64,000 nucleotides of DNA from the human T2T-CHM13v2.0 reference genome, Homo sapiens (GCF_009914755.1 NC_060932.1); one strand, 5' to 3'. Shown: positions 1 to 16,790, counted from the stretch's first letter. Notes: generated by a model from the letters alone, not told the origin. Numbers and translations are program-made.

Positions 1-123
1 CATATAAACTCATCTGATAATTCAGCTTACTTATTTAGGAATGATGACTTATACATTTAACAATTTTCTTTTCACCTCTGGAAAATCATCAGCCTAGCAA
101 TAGAATAAGTTATTCCCTCCCTG

Positions 124-125
<2 letters not shown>

Positions 126-175
<50 letters not shown>
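126..175. repeat. (TA)25 microsatellite
   Basis: Uninterrupted TA dinucleotide run. Confidence 0.97.
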
Positions 176-178
<3 letters not shown>

Positions 179-369
179 CAGGAGAGCAGGTCCCAAAAAT
201 GCCCATGTGTATATATCTATAGATATGTATAGATATATAGACAGGGGATCAGAGATAAGGGTAATGAGAGGGATAGTTCTGTATACAAATATGTGATAAT
301 ATCATATATTCTTGTATCACCTTAGAAATCAGTAAGTGCATTAAAATACATTATCTTACTATATTATCA

Positions 370-485
370 CAGATCAAGGGAAGAAAATGAGGCCAATAGA
401 GGTTACAGACTTGTTCAAGGGTACACATCAAACCTAGTGAAAAAAACCTCCATTAAAAGCCTGACCTTGAACTTAGGTTCAGCTA
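370..485 (-). mobile_element. MIR SINE fragment
   Basis: 'gaaaatgaggccaatagaggttacagacttgttcaagggtacaca' resembles the reverse complement of the MIR core. Confidence 0.6.
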
Positions 486-694
486 ATTTTGCATCATATT
501 ACAGTGCCTGAGCAGTGACTCTTACTAACTTTTATGTAGTGCTTCACACACTATAAGCCATTCTGTGTACATATTCCAACCTAATTCTCACATTATTATA
601 GAAGCAGAGTAAGTCTTTTCCTCACTTTAAGGACCAGGAAATAACATCAGATTGAAAGGCAAAGATTTGCACTTTATGGCTTTAAATACCACGC

Positions 695-1170
695 ATTTAC
701 TAATTCAGCATATATCACTGAATACCTCTTACATAGCAGGAACTTCTCTAGATAATGAAAGTAGGTGGGGAATATGACAAATTCTTTGCCTTATGGAGCT
801 CAGATGCTAGTCGGAGAGATGAACAATAAGCAAATTAACCAATAAAAATATTAGTTAATGTCAGACAAGGTAAGTAGCATCAAGACAAAGAAAAGGGCAT
901 GATGGGTACAGAGAAGGGGTTATTTTTGGTAGAGTGAAAGTAAGGCTTTTTAAAGCTGAAACATTTGAATAGAGACCTGAATGAAGTGACCAGCAAGCCA
1001 GAAGAACAAGCGAGGCTTTCCAGGAAAGGGAAAGTCAAGGTCAAAGGCACTCCAGCTTGGTGTGCTGGAGAAACCACAAGATGACCAGGCAAGAGAAGGC
1101 TTTGTCTGAATACGAGGTGATGAGTTTGGAGTGATAGGCAAAGCATTGGAACAGGTAGGGCTTTGTCATA
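695..1170 (-). mobile_element. L2 LINE 3' fragment
   Basis: 'cactgaatacctcttacatagcagg...gccttatggagctcagatgctagt...gagatgaacaataagcaa' resembles the reverse complement of the L2 3' end. Confidence 0.65.
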
Positions 1171-2779
1171 GTGCATCATGACTTTTTTAAAACAGATCTC
1201 ACTGGGTTGGAAAAAAATAACTCAAGCATGATGGTCATAAGCCCTTGCACATTTCCTTTTACTATCAATTCATTTATCTTTCTGTCCTTGACATAATTCT
1301 TCCAAGCCACTTCCACTTTTACCAGCTTCTCGCATATCATTGAGGGCCAGCTGAGCAGTGATTTCAGTATCATGACTATTTTAATGTTGTGTGTAGCCAT
1401 CTCATAAGCAGGAGGTCATGTCTCTTGTATTTTGACTTTGTAGTTACTTGTCATGAGCAAATAGTTTTAAAGAACTGGGGGACCTGAATTTAGTATCCCC
1501 AAAGTTCTTCCAAGCTAAGTGTATAACACAAAACAAAGTAGAATCTATGAAAATAAAGACATTTAACAGTGCCAGAGGAAAAGCACTCCCGTAGTATAAC
1601 TGCAGTTATACTATGCATTTATATAGATTCATTGGAAATCAAGTTTTCAAGAGAAATTGCTGGTGATATCAACTTGATTATTTTGCCAACATGGAGAAGC
1701 CAGACAAGAAACTGAGAATCAAGGTTATATAATGGGACCATCAATTTATCTTGTAAATTTTTAACTGTTACGTATTAACTATTACATGTTAACAGTTTAA
1801 CCTCTTATGTATTTCTTTTAAGCTTTGTTTTATCTCCAGCATTTGTATAGCAAATGTCAAAGTAGCAAAGGCTCTCTCTATTAGCTAGCTCTGATTAAAA
1901 CACAACTACTAACAAGGAGTGTATTGGGTAATGTCAAATAAATGTCTTAGTGTCTTTACCATATAATTAGTGAGTTTCTAACCTAACTTATTAAGAAGCC
2001 AGCTATGAGTCCAGCTGCATAGATAAGGAGCAACTATGTGACAATGCTATTTGATATGAGGTGGAACAGTCCCAAAAGATACAGCTGCAGGAATGGAGGC
2101 GACTATTTTTACAAACGAGTCAACATGTAAAAAATTACAGGAAGATTTGTATTTAACAGGCAGCATGGCTTCCTATATTATTTTAAAGGTTTGCTCTGAA
2201 TATGGGAAGTGCTGGTCCATTTAAAGTTTCAGGATGACTATATGGCCCTTTATATTTGCAAAAGATTTCTTCAGAGGGACTTCAAATCTTGAAATCAAAA
2301 GGTGCCTAGCATCCTGTAATTTCCTCTTAAAGGGTAGTAAGTGGTCATTTTAAGTGATGCTTTCAGGGTTGGTTAGAGTGTTTCTGAAAGGCAGTCACCA
2401 GCCACCTGATGCCTTAGCCAGGGCTCCTCTCCCTTTTCCTTCAGTCCTTCTGGCTGATTGACTCAGCACCATGCTGCATCTTTCTAAGCATCTAACCACG
2501 GACTCACTCAGGATCATGGGATCTCAGTTCCTGTGGGGGCCTCTTATCACCATCCCCCTGCAAGGAAACCAGTATCCGTGACTGTATGTGAAATGCAAGA
2601 GGGACACACACTGCTTGGTCCTTTTTCTCCCCTTTCCTCTGCTCCTACTACATCCATAATTCAACCGCACCAGCTTAGGCACACCATGCCAGCAGCAGCC
2701 AAGTACATTTAAATTAAAAGTATTCATAGATATATATATACATAAATATGTGTGTGTGTGTATGAATATATATTGTATG

Positions 2780-3590
2780 ATTTTAAGTGAACAGATAAAC
2801 TATGTATTTATTGTGAATCAGAGCATATTTTGAAATATATATACATTGTAGAATGTTTAAATCTAGCTAATTAAAATATGCATTACCTGACATAGTTATT
2901 TTTGTGGTGAGAACAGTTAATATCCACTCTCTAAGCATTTTTTTCAGAATACAAGATATCATCATTAACTATAGTCACCATGCTGTGCAACAGATCTCTT
3001 GAACTTATTTGTTCTATCTAACTGTAATTTTAAAAAGACAAAAGATGAGAAATGCTGGCAAAAATGTGGATAAAAGGGAGCCCTTGCAAACTGTTGGTGG
3101 GAACATAAATTAGTATGGCCATTATGGAAAACGGATGGAGTTTTCCCCAAAAATTAAAAATAGAATTATCATATGATCTAGCAATTCTGCTATTGGGTAT
3201 ATATCTGAAGGAAATGAAATCAGTATGTTGAAGAGACATCTGCACACTCAATGATTATTACAGCACTATTCACGAAGCCAAGCTATGGAATCAACCTAAA
3301 TGTCAATGAATGAATGGATAAAGAAAATTTGGTGTAGATACATAGTGAAATACTATTCAGCCATAAAAAAGAAGGAAATCCTGTCATTTGAAACAACATG
3401 GATGAACTCAGAGGATATTATGTGAAGTGAAACAAAATATCAGGCACAGAAAGACAAATACCATATTATCTCAGTCACATGGAATCTATAAAAGTGGATC
3501 TCCTAAAAATATAGAGTATAATGGTGGTTACCAGAGGCTGGGGCAGTTGGAAGGTGAGGTGAGAAGATGTCGGCCAAAGGATACAAAATG
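2780..3590 (-). mobile_element. L1MA7-9-like LINE-1 with 5' inversion (twin priming)
   Basis: 2780-3030 is an L1MA 3'UTR on the minus strand. 3031-3589 is the ORF2 end and proximal 3'UTR on the plus strand. The plus segment ends ('aaaggatacaaaat') where the minus segment begins ('aaattacagttagat'). Confidence 0.85.
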
Positions 3591-4029
3591 ACAACTGCAC
3601 TTTTAAAAACATCCCTGGTAATCTGTTTCGCCAAGGATAATGTGGATTCAAGTGTGTGTTTAAACAGAATTAGAAACATGTTTATCATAAGAACCTCATA
3701 GATCAGTTGCAAATACCTAAATTATTGGAGGTCAAAGAGCTACTAGCTTTGGGTTTTCAGAACTCTTTCATGTACAAAACTTCCTTCTATTTCAAAAGAC
3801 CCCTGCCAGGCAGGTGTAAAAGGCATTTACAATGGAGAATAACATTCTTCTATTTCATAAGTAAGGTAACTAACTTTCAGAGATGGACCCCCAGCTCCAA
3901 CTCCAACCAAAAAGCAAATACTTTTATCTTGATTTAAGCCTGCTTCCCTCCTGCTATATTAATTTGAATAAAACTATTTGGTGACCATTTATAAAAGAGA
4001 TGAGTCATAGGATAGAAAAAAATGTGGCT

Positions 4030-4640
4030 CTCCCATGTTTATTGAAGCTCTATTCACAAAAGCAAAGGTATTAAATAAGCCTAAATGTCCATCAACAGAT
4101 GAATGAATAAAGAAAATGTGATATATACGCACAGTGGAATATTATTTAGCCTTAAAAAAATGGAATCTTGTCATTTGTGGCAACATGGATGAGTCTGGAG
4201 GACATTCTGTTAAGTGAAATAAGTCAGGCACAGAAAAAAAAATAGTGCATGTCCTCACTCAGATGCGGGAGGTAAAAAAATTGAACTCATAGAATTAGAG
4301 TAGAATGGGTGTTATTAGCGTCTGGGAATGGTCAAGATGGGGAAGAGAGGATAAGAAGAGGTTTGTTAATGGATACAAAATTAAAGCTAGATGGGATAAA
4401 TAAGTTCTAGAGTTTTGTAGCATTGTAGGGTGAATATAGTTAACAGTAATTTAGCATATTTTTCAAAAAACTAGAAGAGAGAATTTTAAACATTTATAAC
4501 ACAAAGACATAATAAATATTTGAGGGGATAGATATGCTAACTACTCTGATTTGATCCTTATACATGTTGTACACATGTATCAGAAATTCACACTGTATCC
4601 CAGAAATATGTACAGTTGTTATATGTCAACTAAAAATAAA
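4030..4640 (+). mobile_element. L1MA5-like LINE-1 3' end, 5'-truncated
   Basis: ORF2 end 'cccatgtttattgaagctctattcaca...aaatgtccatcaacagatgaatg' followed by an L1MA 3'UTR ending 'atatgtcaactaaaaataaa'. Confidence 0.85.
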
Positions 4641-5356
4641 TGATTCCGAAGATCATATGAGGCAGAAACAAATTTTTAAATAATAAATGAAAAAAGTCTC
4701 AATAAAATGGTAATAATGACCAAGGTTTGTTGAGCACTTACTACACATTTTGAAGTTTCCATGGACTTTACACTGGACCTTAGTTTTGGTGTATGATCAT
4801 CAAGGTTCTTAAATAGCATGAGAAGTTACGATAAACACTTGACAAGTATAAGAAATATGTGAACATATTACTGAATTTGAATATATTTGAAAGGATTAAA
4901 AAATATTATTTAACACAACATATAACTCTTACATTTTTCTCTAAATATTAATGGAAGTTGTTTTGATAGCTACTTATTGCTTTTATTGAGTGATCAATTC
5001 ACCAGTTATCAAGATTTAGAAATTATTATTATTATAATCATTTAAAATTTTTGGTCACATGCATTTTATAGATACAAATTTGACCCAGATGTTTGTCATT
5101 TTGATCCCATTTATTGATCCAAACAAAAAATTCAATTAAGCCAGAGAACCACCTCAAGGTTGGCTTCCTATTAATTTTTGTGTTGAATTTCTTCCCAGTT
5201 TTTACCCATCCAAATTACATGAGATCTGAGCAGCTAGAATAGGACACAAATGAGAAAAATAGAAATGACATCAAATTAAAGAAAGGTTGAGAAGAATAAC
5301 CACTAATGCTATAAAAGGTAAGTTTGGAGGGAGAATAACATGATGGGTAAATGCTT

Positions 5357-5750
5357 GTAGCTAGAGAGCCAAAATATACATTCTCCTTCTTCCTGGGCAC
5401 ACAGCTTTCCCATGTTTCCCAGCCTTCCTTGCAGCCAGATGTGGCCACCTGACTGAAATCATGCCAGTGAAATTTGGGCAGAAGTTACGAGTGCCACCAT
5501 GTTCTTTCTCCATCCTGAAGACTATAATGGAGAAGATCATGCCGATCTTGGAAGAAAGGCATGAGTTGAAAATGGCAGAGTCAGCCTTAGCCTAGTTTTC
5601 TCAATGATTCTGCATGGAGCAGAGTCATTGCTGACGTAAAGCCTCTGTCTCAGCCTGTTTCATAAGAAAAATAAACTTCTGCTTTACAACATTACTGATT
5701 TGGGGGAGTTTAATGGCGTAGTTTAATGTAGCTTAGCCTACTCTGATACA
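5357..5750 (+). mobile_element. MLT1 (ERVL-MaLR) solo LTR, MLT1H-K-like
   Basis: 'tttcccagccttccttgcagccagatgtggccacctgactg', internal AATAAA, TG...CA termini ('tagcctactctgataca'). Confidence 0.7.
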
Positions 5751-5872
5751 TATAGTTTATGTTGTTAATTCAGGGAAAATCAACATAAAAGGCATGGGAT
5801 ACAGATAGAGTATTAGAAAGCAGAATATGGAAGCATACTTCCCAATAAAATACAGAATACAGAAAAATACTA

Positions 5873-6228
<356 letters not shown>

Positions 6229-8019
6229 CTATTCTCTGGACTGCTATATTTCACAGACATGGTCAAATAAATGTACTAGTATCTTGGAAACTGCCAGTGA
6301 TTGCTGAAAAGGCAATAACAACATTTTGGGAGGGAAATGTAGGAGCGTCACATTTTGCTAAATCTAAGAATTAGTTAATCTTCAATTTAACCAACAGCTC
6401 CATCTAGTCTATTGAGAAAGACTAACTTTGTTCTTATTCCTCCCTCCAAGGTAATAAACTGCCTTTTCTTTCAAGCTAGGGAATCCTAAATTGTATCCAG
6501 TGGCCTCATATTCCTTCAATTTTTCAATAGCTACTTTAAAAAAATGTCGTTTAGGGTTTGCTGTTGTAGGCCCACATGATTTAAAAACAAATTCAATAAA
6601 TACTTTTAGACACTTTTGGAAATAATCCTCTTAACTTTATATTTAGTTTTAGATATTTTTATCTTTCATTGTGACTAATTCTTTGGTTTTACAGGCATGG
6701 CTTCTCTACCTAATGCATATAAATAATGTGCTGAATTGACGCTTAGAAAATTCAGTCCTAATAATGCATATGAACACATAACCCATCTTTAAGAAGAGGG
6801 TCACTAATATTAGCCAGATTTTTGAGGCATGTTTCACATCTTCACTCAATATGTGTTTCAAAGGTGATGAAGTTAGGAAGAAATATAATTTCTTTAATAA
6901 TAGATCAAAACAAGTAAAGTGTTAAAATAAAAAGCCTAAAATGTGGGATTTCTTTTGGGAATTATTACAATATCAGTTAGATAAAACATGTTTGGACATT
7001 TCTAAAGATAAAGTGAAAAACATCTCTTAATTCACTGGAGGGAAGAGAAATCCCAACATAGTGATACAGGTACCAAAACAGAAGAATCAACTGCTTAGCA
7101 ACTGAAGCCATGGAAGCAGTTGATTGGGAATATGCACAATCGACATTAAGTCCTGCCACTCAGATAGTAAATCACCTGCCCTTAAGAACAGAAGAGATTC
7201 CCACTGGATGTGTCCCCGCCTTGTAAAAAAATTATGAAAGCTCACCATTTCTTCCCTCTGTAAACATACACAAGACAAAACATTGGAAAAACATGTACGT
7301 GGAGAAAAAGAATCAAATTTCATAAAACACATAGACACATCTGCATAAACTTCAGAATGAATTGCTATTTCATTCTGCAATTTTCAAGGGCTCACAAACT
7401 AAGATGCTGAAGAAAAGTGGAGGTGCTGACTTCTGCAAAGGGCATCAAATCAAAATCAGATTGTAAACTCAAAATGAAAATTAGATTGTAAAATTCAGTT
7501 TGGAGACAAGAAATAAAGAATTTTAAATGACGGCACAGGTGAAAAACAAAAGTATTGGAAGGAAAATATCAATGTGATACATTTTTAAATATGCTAGTCA
7601 GGAGGACCCATACGAAAGGCTCTCAACATGATTGTTCTTTGTTTCTATATGTTTCAGTAACTGGTACTGATGAAGCACAATCAAATTCCAAAAAAATGGG
7701 ATATAAGAGGAATTGTATTTATATGTCCAGTTTAGCATTAGCTGTAATCAGCGAAACATTGATAATGAGATTAAAAGGATCTTAGACAGAAGATCTAAAC
7801 TGTTCTTGATTAATAACAAGTAAAATGAAGCCCAAAAACTGCCTTGTCTAAGGTGACCACAACCAGTTCTGGCAGAACTGACTGAAAATTCACCCTTAGT
7901 CCAGTCCTCTTTCCTCTATATCTCATCTGTATTCCTTGAGGCCACCTCTAATAGTAGATCAAGGAATTTTAAAATATTTGTATTTTTCTATTGCTCATGA
8001 TATTGTCATTTTAGTAATA

Positions 8020-8250
8020 TAATAATAATAATGGCCACTATGAGTTTTTGAGCATCTACCATATAATCTGATAAAGATATAACTACTCCAGTTTATTATG
8101 TAATTTTGTTATAATCTCATTTTGCAGATGGGAAAACTATGGCTCAGAAAATTAAATAACTTGTGCAATGGCATATAGCAGAGCTGGAATTGAGATAGAA
8201 CTATATCTGAATCTAAACTCTATATTCTTTATACTATGCATCAGTGCCTC
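8020..8250 (-). mobile_element. MIR SINE
   Basis: 'cattttgcagatgggaaaactatggctcagaaaattaaataacttg' matches the MIR core reverse complement. Confidence 0.75.
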
Positions 8251-9096
8251 TTCTGATATTTTTATGTTTTTTGGGGGGACATATCAAGAAATCCAAAGCA
8301 GAACTGATGATTGAAAGCTTGGCTAATCCCTCCAGAATCTGCTGTGCAGCCATCCAAACATCATCAAAAACTGATTTTTCTAATCTAGATTATTTGAGAT
8401 CCTGCTTCTAAAATGGCCATCCCAACGAGAAACATTCGCAGCTTCACATAGAAAGAATAAATAAATTTATTTTTTAAAATCATGATAAAACAGTAGTCAC
8501 CGAGAGAAAGACTGGTGAAAATTTTATGATCTGGTAAAAAATCTCTGCAGGCTGATGATTATACTATCCTAGCTGACATAGATTATGTCAGCCTTGCAGA
8601 TGGTGTTTAAAAAAATAACCCTATGTGTATATGAGATCAAAACACCAAGATTGAATTTAACCCAGATGCTTGGCACTATGTAGACAAAACCTATGTCATA
8701 TCTTCCATTTACTGTTGGGAGGCAGCAGAAGAAGGGTGTGACTACCCACAGTTGTTAACGGAATAATATTTCCAAGAAAGCTTGCATTAATGTTTTAGCT
8801 TTTTTTCCCTCCCTCCTCTGTTTAAATTCCTAAAATGCATCAGACCTCATGAGTTTCAGGCAGACATACTCCGTTAGGAGTTGAAGGAAGATTTGCACAT
8901 TTCCTCTCTGACATGTGGACAAGCAGACGCTCAATTGCAGGGCTTCGACTGCTGACTGGCTTTCTTTGTCTTCATTCACACATACATCCTGGCCAAATTC
9001 CCACTGAAAATGCCACTGCAGAGCCTGAAAAGTTTTTGGAATGACTCTCATGGCTTTCCATCTCCTCGACAGAAAGAGAAAACTTAGTCCTACTTC

Positions 9097-9136
9097 AAAA
9101 AAGAAGAAAAGAAAGAAAGAAAGAAAGAAAGAAAGA
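9097..9136. repeat. (AAAG)n microsatellite
   Basis: Direct reading. Confidence 0.92.
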
Positions 9137-10039
9137 TTGAAGACAGGCTTCATGATCAGCACAAACATCATGAAAGCACTTAGAGATAATGGGTTAAGTG
9201 TAACTGAATCAGAAACATACCGATTTGGCAGTAATCTCATTCATAAAATGTTGGAGTGCTTGTAGGTGATGCCAAGTTAAACAGGATGATGGACTCTACA
9301 CAATACATGTTTGCAACACGAATGGGTCCTCGGTTCAAGGCCACCCACTTCCAGGTGGCAGGAAGCGGGGGCAGCTGCCCCATCTCTGGAGGGTCAGATA
9401 GATTTCCTGCTCACACAGACAGATATCCTAGGCCATGAAAGAGAGATAGAGTCCTTGTTCTTGGTGTTACATGATCCATGATGGAAGAAATGTTTACCCT
9501 TAGACTGTGGCATGGCTTGTAATTAATTTGTGATCCTTGGGGCAAGTGAAGGAATAGGTGTGTAGTAGAAATATTTTACACTTTCCTTAATGACTATGGC
9601 CTTAAATAGCTGAATATTGGGAGAAATATTAATGAGGTAAGCAGACATTTCAAAGCCATTTGACATATATGACACCTTCGTCCAGCATCCAGATATTTTG
9701 TCTCCTTCCAAGCCACTTTCTGCTTACTTCTTTGTATAGTGTGCTGTTCATGCCGAGACCAGACATCATCAGATGTGATGTGAGGACCCGCTGGCTCAAC
9801 ATGTCTTCATACTGTTGGCATCCATGACTTAGAACACTAGGGAAGACCCAGTGGCACAAGCAGTAGGTAATTGTCTCATAGAGAGAGGATTAGTTGAATG
9901 TCTTCTGGTATTTAAGTTACAAAAGATTACATTTGTAGGAAAGGACTTTTCATAGTGTGATTTTGATTATGAGTAATTATAAAAGAATAATAAATATAAT
10001 ATCGAATACCAATTAGTTAATTCTGATTGAATCAGTAAT

Positions 10040-10240
10040 ACTAATAGTTACCATTATGTCTCAGGCATTCTCCTAAGTACTTCACACTTATTAACTTGTT
10101 TAGTCTTCACAAAAACCCATACTCATTTAGAGATAAGGAAATTAAGACACAGAGAGATTAGGTTACCTGTCCAAGTTCACTCCAGCAGGAAAGTAGTAAA
10201 GGCATACTTCAAGTCTAGTCAGTCTGGCCCAAGAGTGTGC
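10040..10240 (-). mobile_element. MIR SINE
   Basis: 'agataaggaaattaagacacagagagattaggttacctgtccaag' resembles the MIR core. Confidence 0.7.
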
Positions 10241-10303
10241 AAAATTTTCTGTTTATAGCTTAGTATTCAGCACTGAGCTAGATACAGATGAAAAACTAGG
10301 ATG

Positions 10304-11207
10304 GAGGAGGAGCCAAGATGGCCAAACAGGAACAGCTCTGGTCTACAGCTCCCAGCGTGAGCGACGTAGAAGACGGGTGATTTCTGCATTTCCATCTGAG
10401 GTACCGGGTTCATCTCACTAGGGAGTGCCAGACAGTGGGCGCAGGTCAGTGGGTGCGCGCACCGTGCGCGAGCCGAAGCAGGGCGAGGCATTGCCTCACT
10501 TGGGAAGCGCAAGGGGTCAGGGAGTTCCCTTTCCGAGTCAAAGAAAGGGGTGACGGACAGCACCTGGAAAATCGGGTCACTCCCACCCGAATACTGCGTT
10601 TTTCCGACGGGCTTAAAAAATGGCGCACCACAAGATTATATCCCGCACCTGGCTCAGAGGGTCCTACGCCCACGGAGTCTTGCTGATTGCTAGCACAGCA
10701 GTCTGAGATCAAACTGCAAGGTGGCAGCAAGGCTGGGGGAGGGGTGCCCACCATTGCCCAGGCTTGATTAGGTAAACAAAGCAGCCAGGAAGCTGGAACT
10801 GGGTGGAGCCCACCACAGCTCAAGGAGGCCTGCCTGCCTCTGTAGGCTCCACCTCTGGGGGCAGGGCACAGACAAACAAAAAGACAGCAGTAACTTCTGC
10901 AGACTTAAATGTCCCTGTCTGACAGCTTTGAAGAGAGCAGTGGTTCTCCCAGCACGCAGATGGAGATCTGAGAACGGGCAGACTGCCTCCTCAAGTGGGT
11001 CCCTGACCCCTGACCCCCGAGCAGCCTAACTGGGAGGCACCCCAGCAGGGGCACACTGACACCTCACACGGCAGGGTATTCCAACAGACCTGCAGCTGAG
11101 GGTCCTGTCTGTTAGAAGGAAAACTAACAAACAGAAAGGACATCCACACCAAAAACCCATCTGTACATCACCATCATCAAAGACCAAAAGTAGATAAAAC
11201 CACAAAG
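10304..11207 (+). promoter_or_regulatory. L1 5'UTR: internal sense promoter (YY1 site CAAGATGGCC at 10314-10323) and antisense promoter
   Basis: CpG-rich 5'UTR collinear with the recalled L1Hs 5'UTR. Confidence 0.85.
10446..10754 (-). CDS. ORF0: L1 ORF0 homologue, open, 102 aa
   Basis: MVGTPPPALLPPCSLISDCCASNQQDSVGVGPSEPG...RVGVTRFSR matches primate L1 ORF0. ATG at 10754-10752. Expression unknown. Confidence 0.7.
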   Translation of the reverse strand: MVGTPPPALLPPCSLISDCCASNQQDSVGVGPSEPGAGYNLVVRHFLSPSEKRSIRVGVTRFSRCCPSPLSLTRKGNSLTPCASQVRQCLALLRLAHGARTH

Positions 11208-12208
11208 ATGGGGAAAAAACAGAACAGAAAAACTGGAAACTCTAAAAAGCAGAGCGCCTCTCCTCCTCCGAAGGAACGCAGTTCCTCACCAGCAAGGGAA
11301 CAAGCTGGATGGAGAATGACTTTGATGAGCTGAGAGAAGAAGTCTTCAGACGATCAAATTACTCTGAGCTACGGGAGGACATTCAAACCAAAGGCAAAGA
11401 AGTTGAAAACTTTGAAAAAAATTTAGAAGAATGTATAACTAGAATAACCAATACAGAGAAGTGCTTAAAGGAGCTGATGGAGCTGAAAACCAAGGCTCGA
11501 GAACTACGTGAAGAATGTAGAAGCCTCAGGAGCCAATGCGATCAACTGGAAGAAAGGGTATCAGCAATGGAAGATGAAATGAATGAAATGAAGTGAGAAG
11601 GGAAATTTAGAGAAAAAAGAATAAAAAGAAACGAGCAAAGCCTCCAAGAAATATGGGACTATGTGAAAAGACCAAATCTACGTCTGATTGGTGTACCTGA
11701 AAGTGATGGGGAGAATGGAACAAGTTGGAAAACACGCTGCAGGATATTATCCAGGAGAACTTCCCCAATCTAGCAAGGCAGGCCAACGTTCAGATTCAGG
11801 AAATACAGAGATACTCCTCGAGAAGAGCAACTCCAAGACACATAATTGTCAGATTCACCAAAGTTGAAATGAAGGAAAAAATTTAAGGGCAGCCAGAGAG
11901 AAAGGTTGGGTTACCCTCAAGGGGAAGCCCATCAGACTAACAGTGGATCTCTCGGCAGAAACCCTACAAGCCAGAAAAGATGGGGGCCAATATTCAACAT
12001 TCTTAAAGAAAAGAATTTTCAACCCAGAATTTGATATTCAGCCAAACTAAGCTTCATAAGTGAAGGAGAAATAAAATACTTTACAGACAAGCAAATGCTG
12101 AGAGATTTTGTCACCACCAGGCCTGCCCTAAAAGAGCTCCTGAAGGAAGCGCTAAATATGGAAAGGAAAAACAGGTACCAGCCGCTGCAAAATCATGCCA
12201 AAATGTAA
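11208..12208 (+). pseudogene. L1 ORF1p, disrupted
   Basis: ATG GGG AAA AAA start; frameshift before 11309; CGA>TGA stop at 11594-11596; ~12-bp deletion near 11810; further indels. Confidence 0.93.
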
Positions 12209-12271
12209 AGACCATCGAGACTAGGAAGAAACTGCATCAACTAACGAGCAAAATAACCAGCTAACATCATA

Positions 12272-16099
<3,828 letters not shown>

Positions 16100-16549
16100 A
16101 CAATAAGATCACATGGACACAGGAAGGGGAATATCACACTCTGAGGACTGTTGTGGGGTGGGGGGAGGGAGGAGGGATAGTATTGGGAGATATACCTAAT
16201 GCTAGATGACGAGTTAGTGGGTGCAGCGCACCAGCATGGCACATGTATACATATGTATCTAACCTGCACAATGTGCACATGTACCCTAAAACTTAAAAGT
16301 ATAATAATAATAAATAAATTAAAAAAAAAAGAAAAACTAGGATGTACCCGTATGAAACAATAAGACAGATTTGTTTTAACAAAATGAGCAGGAATTGTAT
16401 TGAAATTTAGTCACCTTTGGAAGAATGACAAAGTGCCACTCTTTAAAATGTGTGTCACTACCCACCAGTGTTGCCTCCATAGCTGATCTATAAATCACAC
16501 AAGAAAATCAACTCTCAATTATTTAGATTCTCACTTTATTTTTCACTAG

Positions 16550-16790
16550 AAACTGTATTGTCCTTCTACTTACTAAACGATTCATAAGTCCATTCTCCAA
16601 ATGACTCCTGGCCATTTCAAAAGCCCGTATCTATCTTCAAAATTCAAAGATTTGTCATTAAGCATAAAAAAGATTCTAAGGTTTCAGATGAGGTGTAGGT
16701 TCTTAGGACAGGCCTCCAGATATTTTTGAGTTGTAGCAGCTGCCTTGCCATGCATGTGCACTGGAGCATGGTGGCTGTTTGTCAGCTGAG
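16550..16790 (+). mobile_element. Possible ancient mariner (MARNA-like) transposase remnant
   Basis: From 16597 the frame reads PNDSWPFQKPVSIFKIQRF, resembling mariner PxDFWLFPKLKxxLKGxRF. Confidence 0.45.

Noticed and set aside
7447-7496. Imperfect 25-bp tandem duplication (similar small ones at 34368-34410 and ~39251-39270)
   Set aside because: Ordinary slippage duplications with no further structure.
8572-8592. 9-bp hairpin gctgacata-gat-tatgtcagc
   Set aside because: Within chance expectation for 64 kb when loop size is free.
8830-9240. 136-aa minus-strand ORF
   Set aside because: Spans the (CTTT)n repeat and has no recognisable homology.
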